From Verrucomicrobiota bacterium (lineage in GTDB: Bacteria > Verrucomicrobiota > Verrucomicrobiia > Limisphaerales > JAIPKD01): DNA of 64,000 nt. Below the pieces are notes generated by a model. That model was given only the letters and a program-made list of their open reading frames with translations. It was not told where the DNA came from and did not search any database. This document shows, one piece after another, positions 1-9,300 of this stretch. The stretch is taken from the NCBI GenBank assembly GCA_021733835.1, contig JAIPKD010000001.1, positions 17,516-81,515 on the forward strand. The letters run 5' to 3'. Within the stretch, counting starts at the first letter, position 1. The number at the start of each line of letters is the position of its first letter. Position numbers and translations under genes: made by a program.

Positions 1-306
1 TGGAAGGAGGTCGACCGGTTGCAGAATGTTAAGCTCGAGCTTCAAAAGGAGATAGTCCGAATATCCGGCCGATTCGAGGAGAACGCCGAGCGTAATCATG
101 ATACACCCACCGACTTAAAAGAAAAGTTCAAGCCGGTCGTCGAGGAATTGGTTGTCCTTGAAATGCGTAATTCCAAATGGTTGTTCGAAAAAAAGGCAGA
201 CGCCCAAGCCGAATTCGATGGCCTCGGCCGCGTATCGAGAAATCTGCAGAATGTCCAAAAAGCGTATTCAAACGAGCGCCAGGCAGTCTGGAATTCGTAT
301 TCGTAA
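1..306 (+). CDS. 3' end of a hypothetical charged, coiled-coil-like protein (5' part outside window)
   Basis: Frame 1 is open from nt 1 (WKEVDRLQNVKLELQKE...) to the stop at 304-306. The sequence is Lys/Glu-rich and I recognise no family. It could be non-coding. Confidence 0.3.
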   Translation, partial: WKEVDRLQNVKLELQKEIVRISGRFEENAERNHDTPTDLKEKFKPVVEELVVLEMRNSKWLFEKKADAQAEFDGLGRVSRNLQNVQKAYSNERQAVWNSYS

Positions 307-316
307 CAAACTCGAT

Positions 317-362
317 GGAGCGCGGCTGTGTCCGAAGGATCAGCCGCAGCAGCTCCGAATGC
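317..362 (-). repeat. Dispersed intergenic repeat, copy C (inverted orientation)
   Basis: GGAGCGCGGCTGTGT (317-331) is the reverse complement of the ACACAGCCGCGCTCC core at 13595-13609 and 28702-28716. The adjoining CAGCCGCAGCAGCTCCGAATGC is colinear, as reverse complement, with GCGTTCGCAGCCGCAGCGGCTG at 13564-13585. Confidence 0.65.
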
Positions 363-402
363 TATATCTCCCTCCGATTACCAAGCGTCTCCGCCTTTCA
401 GA

Positions 403-556
403 ATTCCGTTAGGGATGAAATATTACGTCCCTAAAGGGACTTATGATTTCGTGTGGCAGATGTGACTATAGATATTTTTTACCCCTAACGGGGCAAATCC
501 TCGATCTTATCTCGTAATCAGTACCCCATAATCCTAATGAATCCCGTTAGGGATGA
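403..556. repeat. Cluster of CCGTTAGGG / CCCTAACGG hairpin modules
   Basis: Copies are ATTCCGTTAGGGATGA (403-418), TCCCTAAAGGGA (428-439), CCCCTAACGGGG (482-493, opposite orientation) and ATCCCGTTAGGGATGA (541-556). TTAGGGA (409-415) can pair with TCCCTAA (428-434). The same ATCCCGTTAGGGATGA 16-mer recurs at 28755-28770. Confidence 0.65.
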
Positions 557-942
557 AATATCTATAGCAGAAGGACCAACAAACAGAATAAGTCCCAGTT
601 TTAAGTGATTAAGTGTTGAGCTGTTGAGTGGTCGTGCTACGATATTCGTGCTTCGAATTAATTCCACCCATCTCCGTACACGTACACGTTCGCGTTCCCG
701 TTCTCAATTCCCGTGATGTCCGTGATTGGTTTTGGTCATTAGAATTTGTTTCGTGCTTCGATTATTTTTCTCGGGCATCTAAGAAAAAATTCGAAAAAAT
801 GCGGAATATTGTCGTTATAGGGTTGACTTCAACCTCAATAATATCGTAACCTTAACGAAAATCACAGATAAGCAGGCCAATGAGCGGTGTAAGGCATTGG
901 GAATCAAGAAGTTAGATAGAAACATAAAAGAGATTAATTCTC

Positions 943-1990
943 ATGAGTAAACATATATTGCCTTCTACCCACCCCTCAGGCGCAATAAAGGGGCTGTTTA
1001 AGATCGGTATCTTGAGCATTCTGCTCGGATTTTCGAATCTCCTGGCTGCCGATGAGGTCGTCAACAAAGCAGTGGTCGAACGTGGCCAAAATCATGAGGT
1101 AATCGAGTTCACCCGAAATGTGACGGACGCAACCGGCGAGACAAAGACCGTGCAAGGCCGATACACCGTTCTGGCAAACGGGATGCATTATAAGGAGGAC
1201 GGACGCTGGGTCGAGTCCAAGGAGCTGATCGAGCCGTTTAAAAAGGGCGCAGTGGCCCGGCAAGGCGCGTACAAGGTGATCTTCAATTGGAATCTGAATA
1301 CTCCCGGTGCGATAGACATACAAATAATCGATGGCAATGGGCATGGGCAGGGCGTTTAAGGCTGGCACGGGCGATGCTTCAAATAACAAAAAATACAAGA
1401 CTCAACCGATAGTGGCGAAGAAGTTTAGAGAGATTAATGGACGCCGGATTCTCTGCGAATCGATCGGGTACGTTGAGATGCTTGAGATGAACGCGGAGCT
1501 TAAACAGGCGGAGGCGGAAGACGTCGGATACCGGATAACATCCGTCCAAGAGCGCGAGCTGCCGCCGGCACCCAGGGCCGTGGACGAGCAGAAATCTATG
1601 CAACTTGCATCGGCGCCTGTCCAGAGCGGTGGTGTGGTGTTGGATTATGTGTTCACCGGGAGCTACGATTATCTGGCCTTTTACAGTGGGAATACATATT
1701 TAGTGGGAGGAGGATTATCCACAGACGGCAATACCTATTTTCACGGCGGCGCTGTGATGAAGTATTTACCCGGCGCAGGGATAACTTTATCCGGCACTGT
1801 CTATTGTTACTCGACTGCGGAAACAAGGCGATCCTGACGGCGTGGGATGACGATACCCCTATGTGCCAAATAGATGTGCCACAGAATCTTACAAACGTTT
1901 AGAGATTGCTGCAGGTGTATAACATTCCCTGGCATTGAAAACGGACGATACGGTAACTGCTTGGGCCTCACGAAGAACACAATGTTTCAA
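943..1990 (+). pseudogene. Decayed N-terminal portion of a large secreted protein plus an orphan RCC1-like repeat fragment
   Basis: ORF 943-1359 has a signal-like N-terminus (ILSILLGFSNLLAADE). It overlaps ORF 1331-1837 in another frame. After the stop at 1835-1837, the sensible reading continues in frame 1 (NKAILTAWDDDTPMCQIDV, stop at 1900-1902). Nucleotides 1923-2006 encode an isolated HSLALKTDDTVTAWAS fragment that begins right after a stop. No intact long ORF exists. Confidence 0.4.
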
Positions 1991-2024
1991 GCAGTTGGCG
2001 CGCCTTTAATAAGACGATAAAAAA

Positions 2025-2693
2025 ATGAAGAGGACAGCAACTATACTATTTGGGCTTGTTATGTGTGCATTACTTGCACAAGGGCAAGGCACATTCAAAA
2101 ATCTCGATTTCGAGCAAGCAAACATAGTCCCATTTAACGGTGAGATCAATCCTTCATTAATTGATGCATCTGAAGCATTACCCTATTGGACTGTGTATAC
2201 TGGAAATAAACAAGATAATTATGTGGTATACGATACATACGCTGTTGGTTCTCCAGCGGTTTCTATTCATGATTATAAATCAACATTAACGCCATTACAA
2301 GGCAGTTATTCGGTAGGGCTGCAACACTCGAAAGGAGGTAATCCTAAAACTGCTTCTATTGGTCAAACTGGTATATTACCGAAAGACATCAACTCAATCA
2401 TATTTTATGCAGTAAATCCTGATGATATCAAAGTAACATTTAGTGGTCAAGAAATACCTATAACATGGCTTGGTAATTATAAGAACGCGGATATTGTAGG
2501 TGGGGATATATCGAATTATGCAGGACAAAGTGGTGAGTTACCGTTCACACATTTAGGTGCGCCAATATTAGAAATATCCAGTATAGATAATATATATTAT
2601 TCCAATGATGCTATTCCAGAATCGAGCAATTATATAATAATATTATTGTTTCACATTGGATATCTATTAAAGAAGTCGTTAATTAAAAGATAA
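2025..2693 (+). CDS. Secreted PEP-CTERM-type protein (paralog 1)
   Basis: There is an N-terminal signal peptide and a GTFKNLDFEQA motif right after the predicted cleavage region. The C-terminus is IPESS + hydrophobic stretch (NYIIILLFHIGYLL) + KKSLIKR, a degenerate PEP-CTERM layout. The protein aligns by eye along its whole length with the next ORF. Confidence 0.65.
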   Translation: MKRTATILFGLVMCALLAQGQGTFKNLDFEQANIVPFNGEINPSLIDASEALPYWTVYTGNKQDNYVVYDTYAVGSPAVSIHDYKSTLTPLQGSYSVGLQHSKGGNPKTASIGQTGILPKDINSIIFYAVNPDDIKVTFSGQEIPITWLGNYKNADIVGGDISNYAGQSGELPFTHLGAPILEISSIDNIYYSNDAIPESSNYIIILLFHIGYLLKKSLIKR

Positions 2694-2702
2694 GTAGATA
2701 TT

Positions 2703-3389
2703 ATGCAAATAAGGATAATTAACTTAGCACTATTATTCGCTATTTATAGTATTGGAATATTAAATGGCTATTGCCAAGGCACATTTAGAAATCTAAACTT
2801 CGATGACCCTGTTGTTCCATTGATTCAAGATTCCGAGTACAAGGTGGCGACTAGCAACGCGATTCCTGGATGGGAGGCATATATAGACAATAAGCGTATT
2901 ACGCGGATGTACTATAATACTGTAAGTATAGGAACAGCAGCAATATCATTGCATGGTCCAGATTCAAGTTATCAAGCGTGTGATGGAGATTATTCCGTCA
3001 TATTACAGGTTAGCGTCCCGGAAGGTCGGCATGATGCGTCAATTGCGCAACATGGTCAAATTCCGATAAGCGCTAAATCATTAATATTCCATGCATATAA
3101 TGTAAACATAGCTGTAACATTCGAAGGACAAGATTTGAACGTAATGGATTTAGGCGTAACAGAAAATAATAGAAAATATCGTAAATATGGAGTCAACATA
3201 GAAAAATACACTGGAGAAACAGGTGAATTAAGTTTTACTGCAATAAATAGCAGTGGAAGTCTTGATTGCATTAAATTTTCGGCCCAATTGATTCCTGAGC
3301 CAGTATCATGTAATTTAATATTATTTGGCGCTGCGATTTATGTTTGTAAGTTAGCATTTTGGTATAGGAAGAGGTGTATACTACTGTAA
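2703..3389 (+). CDS. Secreted PEP-CTERM-type protein (paralog 2)
   Basis: It has a signal peptide and a GTFRNLNFDDP motif. The C-terminus is IPEPVS + hydrophobic helix (CNLILFGAAIYVCKLAFW) + YRKR, a canonical PEP-CTERM sorting-signal layout. It shares the blocks G.YSV.LQ, ASI.Q.G.IP, S.IF.A.N, VTF.GQ and GEL.FT with paralog 1. Confidence 0.7.
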   Translation: MQIRIINLALLFAIYSIGILNGYCQGTFRNLNFDDPVVPLIQDSEYKVATSNAIPGWEAYIDNKRITRMYYNTVSIGTAAISLHGPDSSYQACDGDYSVILQVSVPEGRHDASIAQHGQIPISAKSLIFHAYNVNIAVTFEGQDLNVMDLGVTENNRKYRKYGVNIEKYTGETGELSFTAINSSGSLDCIKFSAQLIPEPVSCNLILFGAAIYVCKLAFWYRKRCILL

Positions 3390-3639
3390 CCCAAAATTGT
3401 GGCTCGTGGCACCGGATTAAGTCTACGCCAGCGGCAGAAGATAAGATTAAAACTGACTACTTTATGAATACGACAAACGGGGCAATCATAAAGGTGGATA
3501 TAACTTCTTGGCCGCAGAAACCGACGGAGGTCGACTGCGATTTTTTGCCGGATGGGAGCCGCGACAGGATAGACAAGATTGATATGACTGAGACTAAACT
3601 TCGGCACCGAAACTGGTGGAGCGTAGAAGGCATTCAAAT

Positions 3640-5115
3640 TCATTGAAATGCGGTTAAGTCCGGTTTTTCTTCACGCCAGACGGTTGATTGCTCGTATGCG
3701 TGGGCGATCTTGAGTATAGTTTGTTCGTCTAATGGTTTGCCCAGTATTTGGAGTCCGATCGGCAGCTGCGGGTTTGCGCTGAAGCCGCAGGGTATGCTTA
3801 TGCCGCATATACCCGATAAGTTGCAGGAAATGGTCAACAAGTCCGTCAAGTACATTTGGAGCGGGTCCTCGATTTTTTCGCCCAGCTTGAAGGCAGGTGA
3901 GGTGGTGGTGGGTGTTACTACGGCGTCGACGTGTTCGAAGGCGTTAAGGAAATCGCGTCTTATAAGCGTACGTACTTTTTGCGCCCTTAAGTAATAGGCG
4001 TCGTAATATCCGCTGCTAAGGGCGTATGTTCCCAGTATGATCCTACGTTTTACTTCCGCGCCGAACCCGGCGCCGCGTGTATTGCAGTATAGTTCGATGG
4101 GGTCCTTCCCCTCTTTCCGGCGGCCGTAACGTATGCCGTCGAACCTGGCCAGGTTCGCGCTGGCTTCTGCTGTGGCTATTATGTAGTACGTAGCGACCGC
4201 GTACTCGGTGTGTGGCAGTGAGATGTCGATTATTTCGGCGCCTAGTCCGGATAAATGTTCAACGGCCCGGTTTATCGAGTTCTTCACTTCATCGGAGAGG
4301 CCTGCGACCATGTATTCTTTCGGCAGTCCGATCTTGAGGCCGCGGATATCGGCGTTCAATGCCTGCGAATAGGCGGGCACCTGTGCGGGGATGCTCGTCG
4401 AGTCCTTTGGATCATGGCCGCTGATGGCTTCCAAAAGGAGCGCGGCGTCTTCTACTGTCTTGGTGATCGGGCCTATTTGGTCGAGGGACGAAGCGAACGC
4501 GACGAGGCCGAAACGTGATACGCGTCCGTATGTGGGTTTTAATCCGACGCACCCGCAAAAAGCTGCCGGTTGTCGGATGGAGCCGCCTGTGTCCGAGCCT
4601 AGGGCGGCGATGCATTCGTCCGAGGCCACCGCCGCAGCGGAACCGCCGGAGGAGCCGCCGGGTGTATGTTCTTGGTTCCACGGATTCCGTGTAGGGCCGA
4701 GGGCGGAGTTTTCGGTGGAACTGCCCATGGCGAATTCGTCCATATTCAGACGTCCGAGGAGGACTGCTCCCGCCTCGCGCAGGCGCTGCGTTACTGTTGC
4801 ATTGTAAGGTGAGATGAAGTTGTCGATTATTTTCGAGGCGCAGGTGAGCGGTTGGCCTTTGACGGCGATTATGTCTTTCATGCCCACGGGGATGCCTAGG
4901 AGCGGAGGATGAGTGGAGTTTCCGTCTCGGGCGATCATGCAGTCGGCAGCCTTGGCCTGGGCCAGTGCATCCTCGGCGTCGATGTGCAGGAAACTATGTA
5001 GTTTCGCGTCGATCTTTTCTATCTGATCGAGGCATGCACCGGTTATTTCCTGAGAGGATACCTGCTTTTTTCCGAGCTGTTCCGCGAGTTTGGCTATTGT
5101 AAGACTGTTCGGCAT
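3640..5115 (-). CDS. gatA: Asp/Glu-tRNA(Asn/Gln) amidotransferase subunit A
   Basis: The 491-aa product carries the amidase signature [12 protein letters not shown] and full-length GatA-like sequence. It lies immediately downstream of gatC. Confidence 0.95.
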   Translation of the reverse strand: MPNSLTIAKLAEQLGKKQVSSQEITGACLDQIEKIDAKLHSFLHIDAEDALAQAKAADCMIARDGNSTHPPLLGIPVGMKDIIAVKGQPLTCASKIIDNFISPYNATVTQRLREAGAVLLGRLNMDEFAMGSSTENSALGPTRNPWNQEHTPGGSSGGSAAAVASDECIAALGSDTGGSIRQPAAFCGCVGLKPTYGRVSRFGLVAFASSLDQIGPITKTVEDAALLLEAISGHDPKDSTSIPAQVPAYSQALNADIRGLKIGLPKEYMVAGLSDEVKNSINRAVEHLSGLGAEIIDISLPHTEYAVATYYIIATAEASANLARFDGIRYGRRKEGKDPIELYCNTRGAGFGAEVKRRIILGTYALSSGYYDAYYLRAQKVRTLIRRDFLNAFEHVDAVVTPTTTSPAFKLGEKIEDPLQMYLTDLLTISCNLSGICGISIPCGFSANPQLPIGLQILGKPLDEQTILKIAHAYEQSTVWREEKPDLTAFQ

Positions 5116-5135
5116 TTTGGTTGGCGGATGGTTGA

Positions 5136-5423
5136 TTATTCGACTATTTGCGGCACGACGAATAAGCCGTTTGATTTCGACGGCGCATTTCTGAGGGCGT
5201 CCTCGTGCGGGAGCGAACCGGCTATTTCATCCGGGCGTGTCACGTTTTCACGCGGTACGGCATGCGCTGTGGGCTCGACGCCGGAGACATCCACTTTTTT
5301 CAGATGCTCAATGTATCCCAGCACTTCCTCGAGTTGGCCGCTGAATATTCGCTCTTCTTCGGGCGTTAATGAAACCCTGGCCAATTGCGCCACGTATTTT
5401 ATGTCCATACTTTCGTTCGACAT
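5136..5423 (-). CDS. gatC: Asp/Glu-tRNA(Asn/Gln) amidotransferase subunit C
   Basis: The 95-aa product has a typical GatC sequence ([14 protein letters not shown]...[22 protein letters not shown]) and sits 20 nt upstream of gatA. Confidence 0.9.
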   Translation of the reverse strand: MSNESMDIKYVAQLARVSLTPEEERIFSGQLEEVLGYIEHLKKVDVSGVEPTAHAVPRENVTRPDEIAGSLPHEDALRNAPSKSNGLFVVPQIVE

Positions 5424-5724
5424 ACACGACTATCCTTAATACCCGTGCGGGGTAAATGAAAGAATAATTTTAACCACGGAAGGCACGGAATGCGCGGGAT
5501 TTGGCTTTATCCGAATTTTCCAACAGAAATATACCTGCTGATTAATTGCTTAAGAAGCTAATAAATGGCTGTTAAGGTATTGAGGTGTTGTCAGACAGTT
5601 TAAATACGGATAAACTTCCCCCCGGATTCAATGGTTTGATAATAGCGGAGGCGCGCGTATGCGAGAGAGGATGAATTTGAATCGGGGAGGTAGCATTGAA
5701 TGCCCGGGGAGGGATTCGAGAGGT

Positions 5725-6285
5725 ATGAATAGGTTTAATCGAACTGTTGCCGTGGCGACGGTTAAATCGCTTTCACTACTATTGCAGGCGATATCGTTCG
5801 TGTTCTTGGTTGTATCTGTGTTTGTTGTATCGTTTCCAGCTGTATTAGGCGATTCGGCCAAGCAAACTAAAAAGGCGATAAAAGCGGTGGAACAGCGCGA
5901 CTCGAGCGAAAATCAGGGTGGAACTTACGAGAACGCTGATGCCTTTCTAAGGCGCCGCGGTAAACTGGATGTGCGCCTGCATGATCCATCGTCCATTGCA
6001 AAGTGCGATGGCGAGTATTGGCTTTTTTCGACCGGACGCGGTATCAGGTCTTGGAGGTCCGGCGACTTGCGAAACTGGGCGCGTGGTCCGCGTGTGTTTG
6101 ATGAGAAACCGGCGTGGGTCACGGATATAGTACCGGGGCATTCCGGGTACTTCAGCTGCCATTATTACGACGGAACCGATTACGGGCGTTCCCGGCTTGC
6201 TATAAGGCCGTTGGTATGGGATGCGGACGGCTGGCCGGTGGTTGGTTTTGTATGTAAAGGTGGCGGTTTAGGATGGTGTGATTGA
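5725..6285 (+). pseudogene. Internally deleted GH43 (arabinanase-like) remnant
   Basis: After a signal/TM-like start (ATG at 5725), the GH43 N-terminal blade (HDPSSIAKCDGEYWLFSTGRGIRSWRSGDLRNW...PAWV) is joined near nt 6150 directly to a GH43 C-terminal motif (HYYDGTDYGRSRLAIRPLVWDADGWPVV). About 200 aa of the five-bladed propeller are missing. Confidence 0.55.
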
Positions 6286-6305
6286 TAACATACAATGCAT
6301 CGTGT

Positions 6306-9300
6306 TTACTTGGAAACGATTTTACGAATAAGTGCGGCCAGGTCGTTCATTGCAAACGGTTTTTTTAGGAATACGGTATCGGCGTCCGGGATGATTCCCG
6401 AGTGTTCTATCTCCGTGGAGTAGCCGCTGATAAATATTACTTTAAGTCCCGGCTCGTCTTTGCGCAGGCGTTTTGCGAGGATTCTTCCCGATACCCCGCG
6501 TGGCATGACCAGGTCGGTGACAAGGACGTCAAACCCGTGGTAATATTCGTTCCATACCTCGATTGCCTTGACACCGTCGTATGCGCTGACGGCGTGGTAT
6601 CCGAGGCTTGTGAACATGTTGGTCATGAGCTTGCGCAACGGCGCTTCGTCTTCGACAACGAGGATGGACTCGGCACCGGTTTCAGGGAGAGCGAGTTCTT
6701 CGGTTTCGATTGGTGATGGGGCGGGTGCGTCCATTGCCGGCAAGTAGACGCGGAAGATTGTGCCTTTGCCGGGGGCGCTGTCCACTTCGATAGTGCCACA
6801 GTGTTGTTTTATTATGCCGTAAACGGTGGCTAGGCCGAGGCCGGTGCCTTTGCCGAATTCCTTGGTCGTGAAGAACGGCTCGAATATGCGTGACAAGGTT
6901 TGTTCGTCCATGCCGCAGCCCGTGTCACTGATCGTGAGCTTGAGAAAGCGGCCTGGGGATTCGGTTTGCTGATCGCGGATTTCCTCGGGCGCAGTAGTAA
7001 TGGTCAGCGTACCGCCTTCGGACATGGCGTCTCGGGCGTTCAATGCGAGATTGAGGATGACTTGTTCCATCATCGATGCGTCCGCCTTGACTGCGGGCAG
7101 GTTTTTAGACGGTTGGAAATTGATCGAGATACTCTCGCTCAAGAGATGTCTGAGCATCTTGATCATGAACTCGATTGTGTGGTTGATGTTGATCGGGCGC
7201 GGCTGGAGCACTTGTTTCCTGCTGAATGCAAGGAGTTGGCGTGTGAGGTCGGCGGCGCGCTTTGATGCGTCGTGTATCTCGATGAGCGCCATCTGATCGT
7301 CTTCGTCCGGCAGGTTCGAGCGGAGCAGCAATGTTGTGTAGCCTTGGATAATGGTGACCAGGTTATTAAAGTCGTGTGCTATGCCTGCGGCGAGTTGGCC
7401 TATGGCTTCCATTTTCTGGGATTGCCGGAGTGCTGCTTCGGCTTGTTCACGTTGTTGAATCTCTTCGCGGAGTTGGGCGTTTATCCTGGTAAGTTCCGCC
7501 GTGCGTTCGGCTACGCGTGTTTCGAGTTCGTCCTTGGCGCGTTGGATTTGGGTTTCCGCTATTTTCTTGGTCGTGATATCTTTCGATATCCCGAATGTAC
7601 CGATAATATTGCCGGCGTCGTCGTGGAGCGGCATCTTCGATGTAGAGAGCCACACGACGCGGCCGTCCTTCCAAATCTCGCGTTCTTCCTTGTTGATTAT
7701 GGGGGTGCCGGTTTTCAGTATCGAGACTTCGTCTTCGCGCGCGGCTGTGGCGTGGGTATTTGAATAGAGGTCGAAGTCCGTGTTACCGATTATTTCCGAT
7801 GTGTTATCGGTATTGAACCGGTTCGCCATGGCCTTGTTGAGTGATATGAAACGGCTCTCCTTATCCTTGAAATAAACGAAGTCGGGGAGGTTATCCATCA
7901 TGGCCTTGTATAGGCGCCGTTCGTATAAGAGCGTGTTTTCAGTTTCACGGAGTTCAGCGATATTATTCTGTAATCGATTGTTTGATTCGGCCAGTTCCTT
8001 TGTGCGTTCTTCGATGCGTTGTTCGAGTTCCTCGTATGCTTGTTTGAGCGCCGCGTCGGTTTGTTTCTGTTTTGTTACGTCGCGCGCTATACATTGGCGT
8101 GCATGGTCGGTGTCCGGGGTATCGATCAGAGAGGCGTTGACTTCGAGTGCGTGAATGCCGTTCGGTGTCTGAATCTGCATCTCGAACGAGACATGTGGCG
8201 CCGCTGATCCGAGTAGCCGAGTTATCTCGCCATGGTCGGTCGTCTGCGGCATAAGGGAGGTTATATACGTTCCGATTATATCGGATGCGCTCAATCCTAT
8301 GGTTGTTTCCATGGCGCGGTTCAAAGAAATGATGCGCTGGTCGCCGGCCAGTGTGAAAATCAAATCGCCGGCGTTAGAGAAGACGTTTTGGTACATGTTC
8401 TCGATGGTTGCTTCATGCCTGGCGCGATTAAGTATGGTTTGGGCTTGGCGGCGAATCTTAAATCTGAGCAGTCCGATCCAAAGAAGCGTGGCGACCGTGC
8501 ATGCTGCCAGTATTTCAAGCGCAAGAATAATTCGGTGCTTGTTCCACCATGGCGGATTTTGTATTACGGCAATATTTTCGGCGGAATCCAGCAGAATCAA
8601 ACAAGTGGTGACTGAACGGTCTCGGTATAACGACACATCGCAAATACCCGTCAGGCGCAGTCTGCTTCCGGTTTGAAGTATGGGGATGCTGTTTGTATTG
8701 GGTCTGTCCAATTCGGCGTTGAAGAGCCAGTCCTCGCTTCTCAAGGTGAGATATAGGTTATTCGTGAGTCCCCAGTCCGACGAATTGGAAGGAAGCAGAA
8801 CCGGCCTGAGCGACTCGGAGACGAGTGTGCCCTCGATGCTTACGAGTTCGGAATGATGGTTCTCGTCGAAGATATCGAAGATATCTATCGGTGTCGGCGC
8901 CGGCGGATCGGTATGCCCGACTGTTTTGAACAGCGAGTCTTCGAGCCTGGGCGCGTATTCGCCGTGCACGGGGAAGCCGGTGACTTCGATAATATCGCCG
9001 GGTTCAGGTGTTTCCGGTGTTTGGAGAAGTACCTTGATGTTGCCCGAATCGTCTTTTAAGTATACATTTTGATCGGATACCTTTGCAGTAACTACACCTT
9101 TAATATGGTAGGGTTTATTCATATCCCTGCCATACTGGTAGCGGAGTATGGAGTCGATGGAAACTATCGGAGTCGAAAACGCCGGCGCCGCCTGAGTGAT
9201 GATGTGGATATTATCCATTCCGGTCACAAAAAGGAGGCCGCGGATTAGTTGCCTGCTCTTATTGAACACCGGGCCGCAGACGCCCGTGACGCTGATTTCT

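Noticed and set aside
628-849. A 73-aa ORF lies in the repeat-rich leader region.
   Set aside because: It spans the TTCGTGCTTCGA repeat copies and low-complexity sequence (VHVHVRVPV). It is a chance ORF.
2000-3400. I considered whether the AT-rich islet is a mobile element or genomic island.
   Set aside because: No integrase, transposase, flanking direct repeats or adjacent tRNA are visible. Only the compositional anomaly and the neighbouring pseudogene fragments support acquisition, so it is reported as a finding and not annotated as a mobile element.
3374-3646. A 90-aa plus-strand ORF lies between the PEP-CTERM genes and gatA. An internal start at MNTTNGAIIKVD... is possible.
   Set aside because: It has no recognisable motif. 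It overlaps the end of the PEP-CTERM gene and the gatA stop region. I cannot support it as a gene, though I cannot exclude a small protein.
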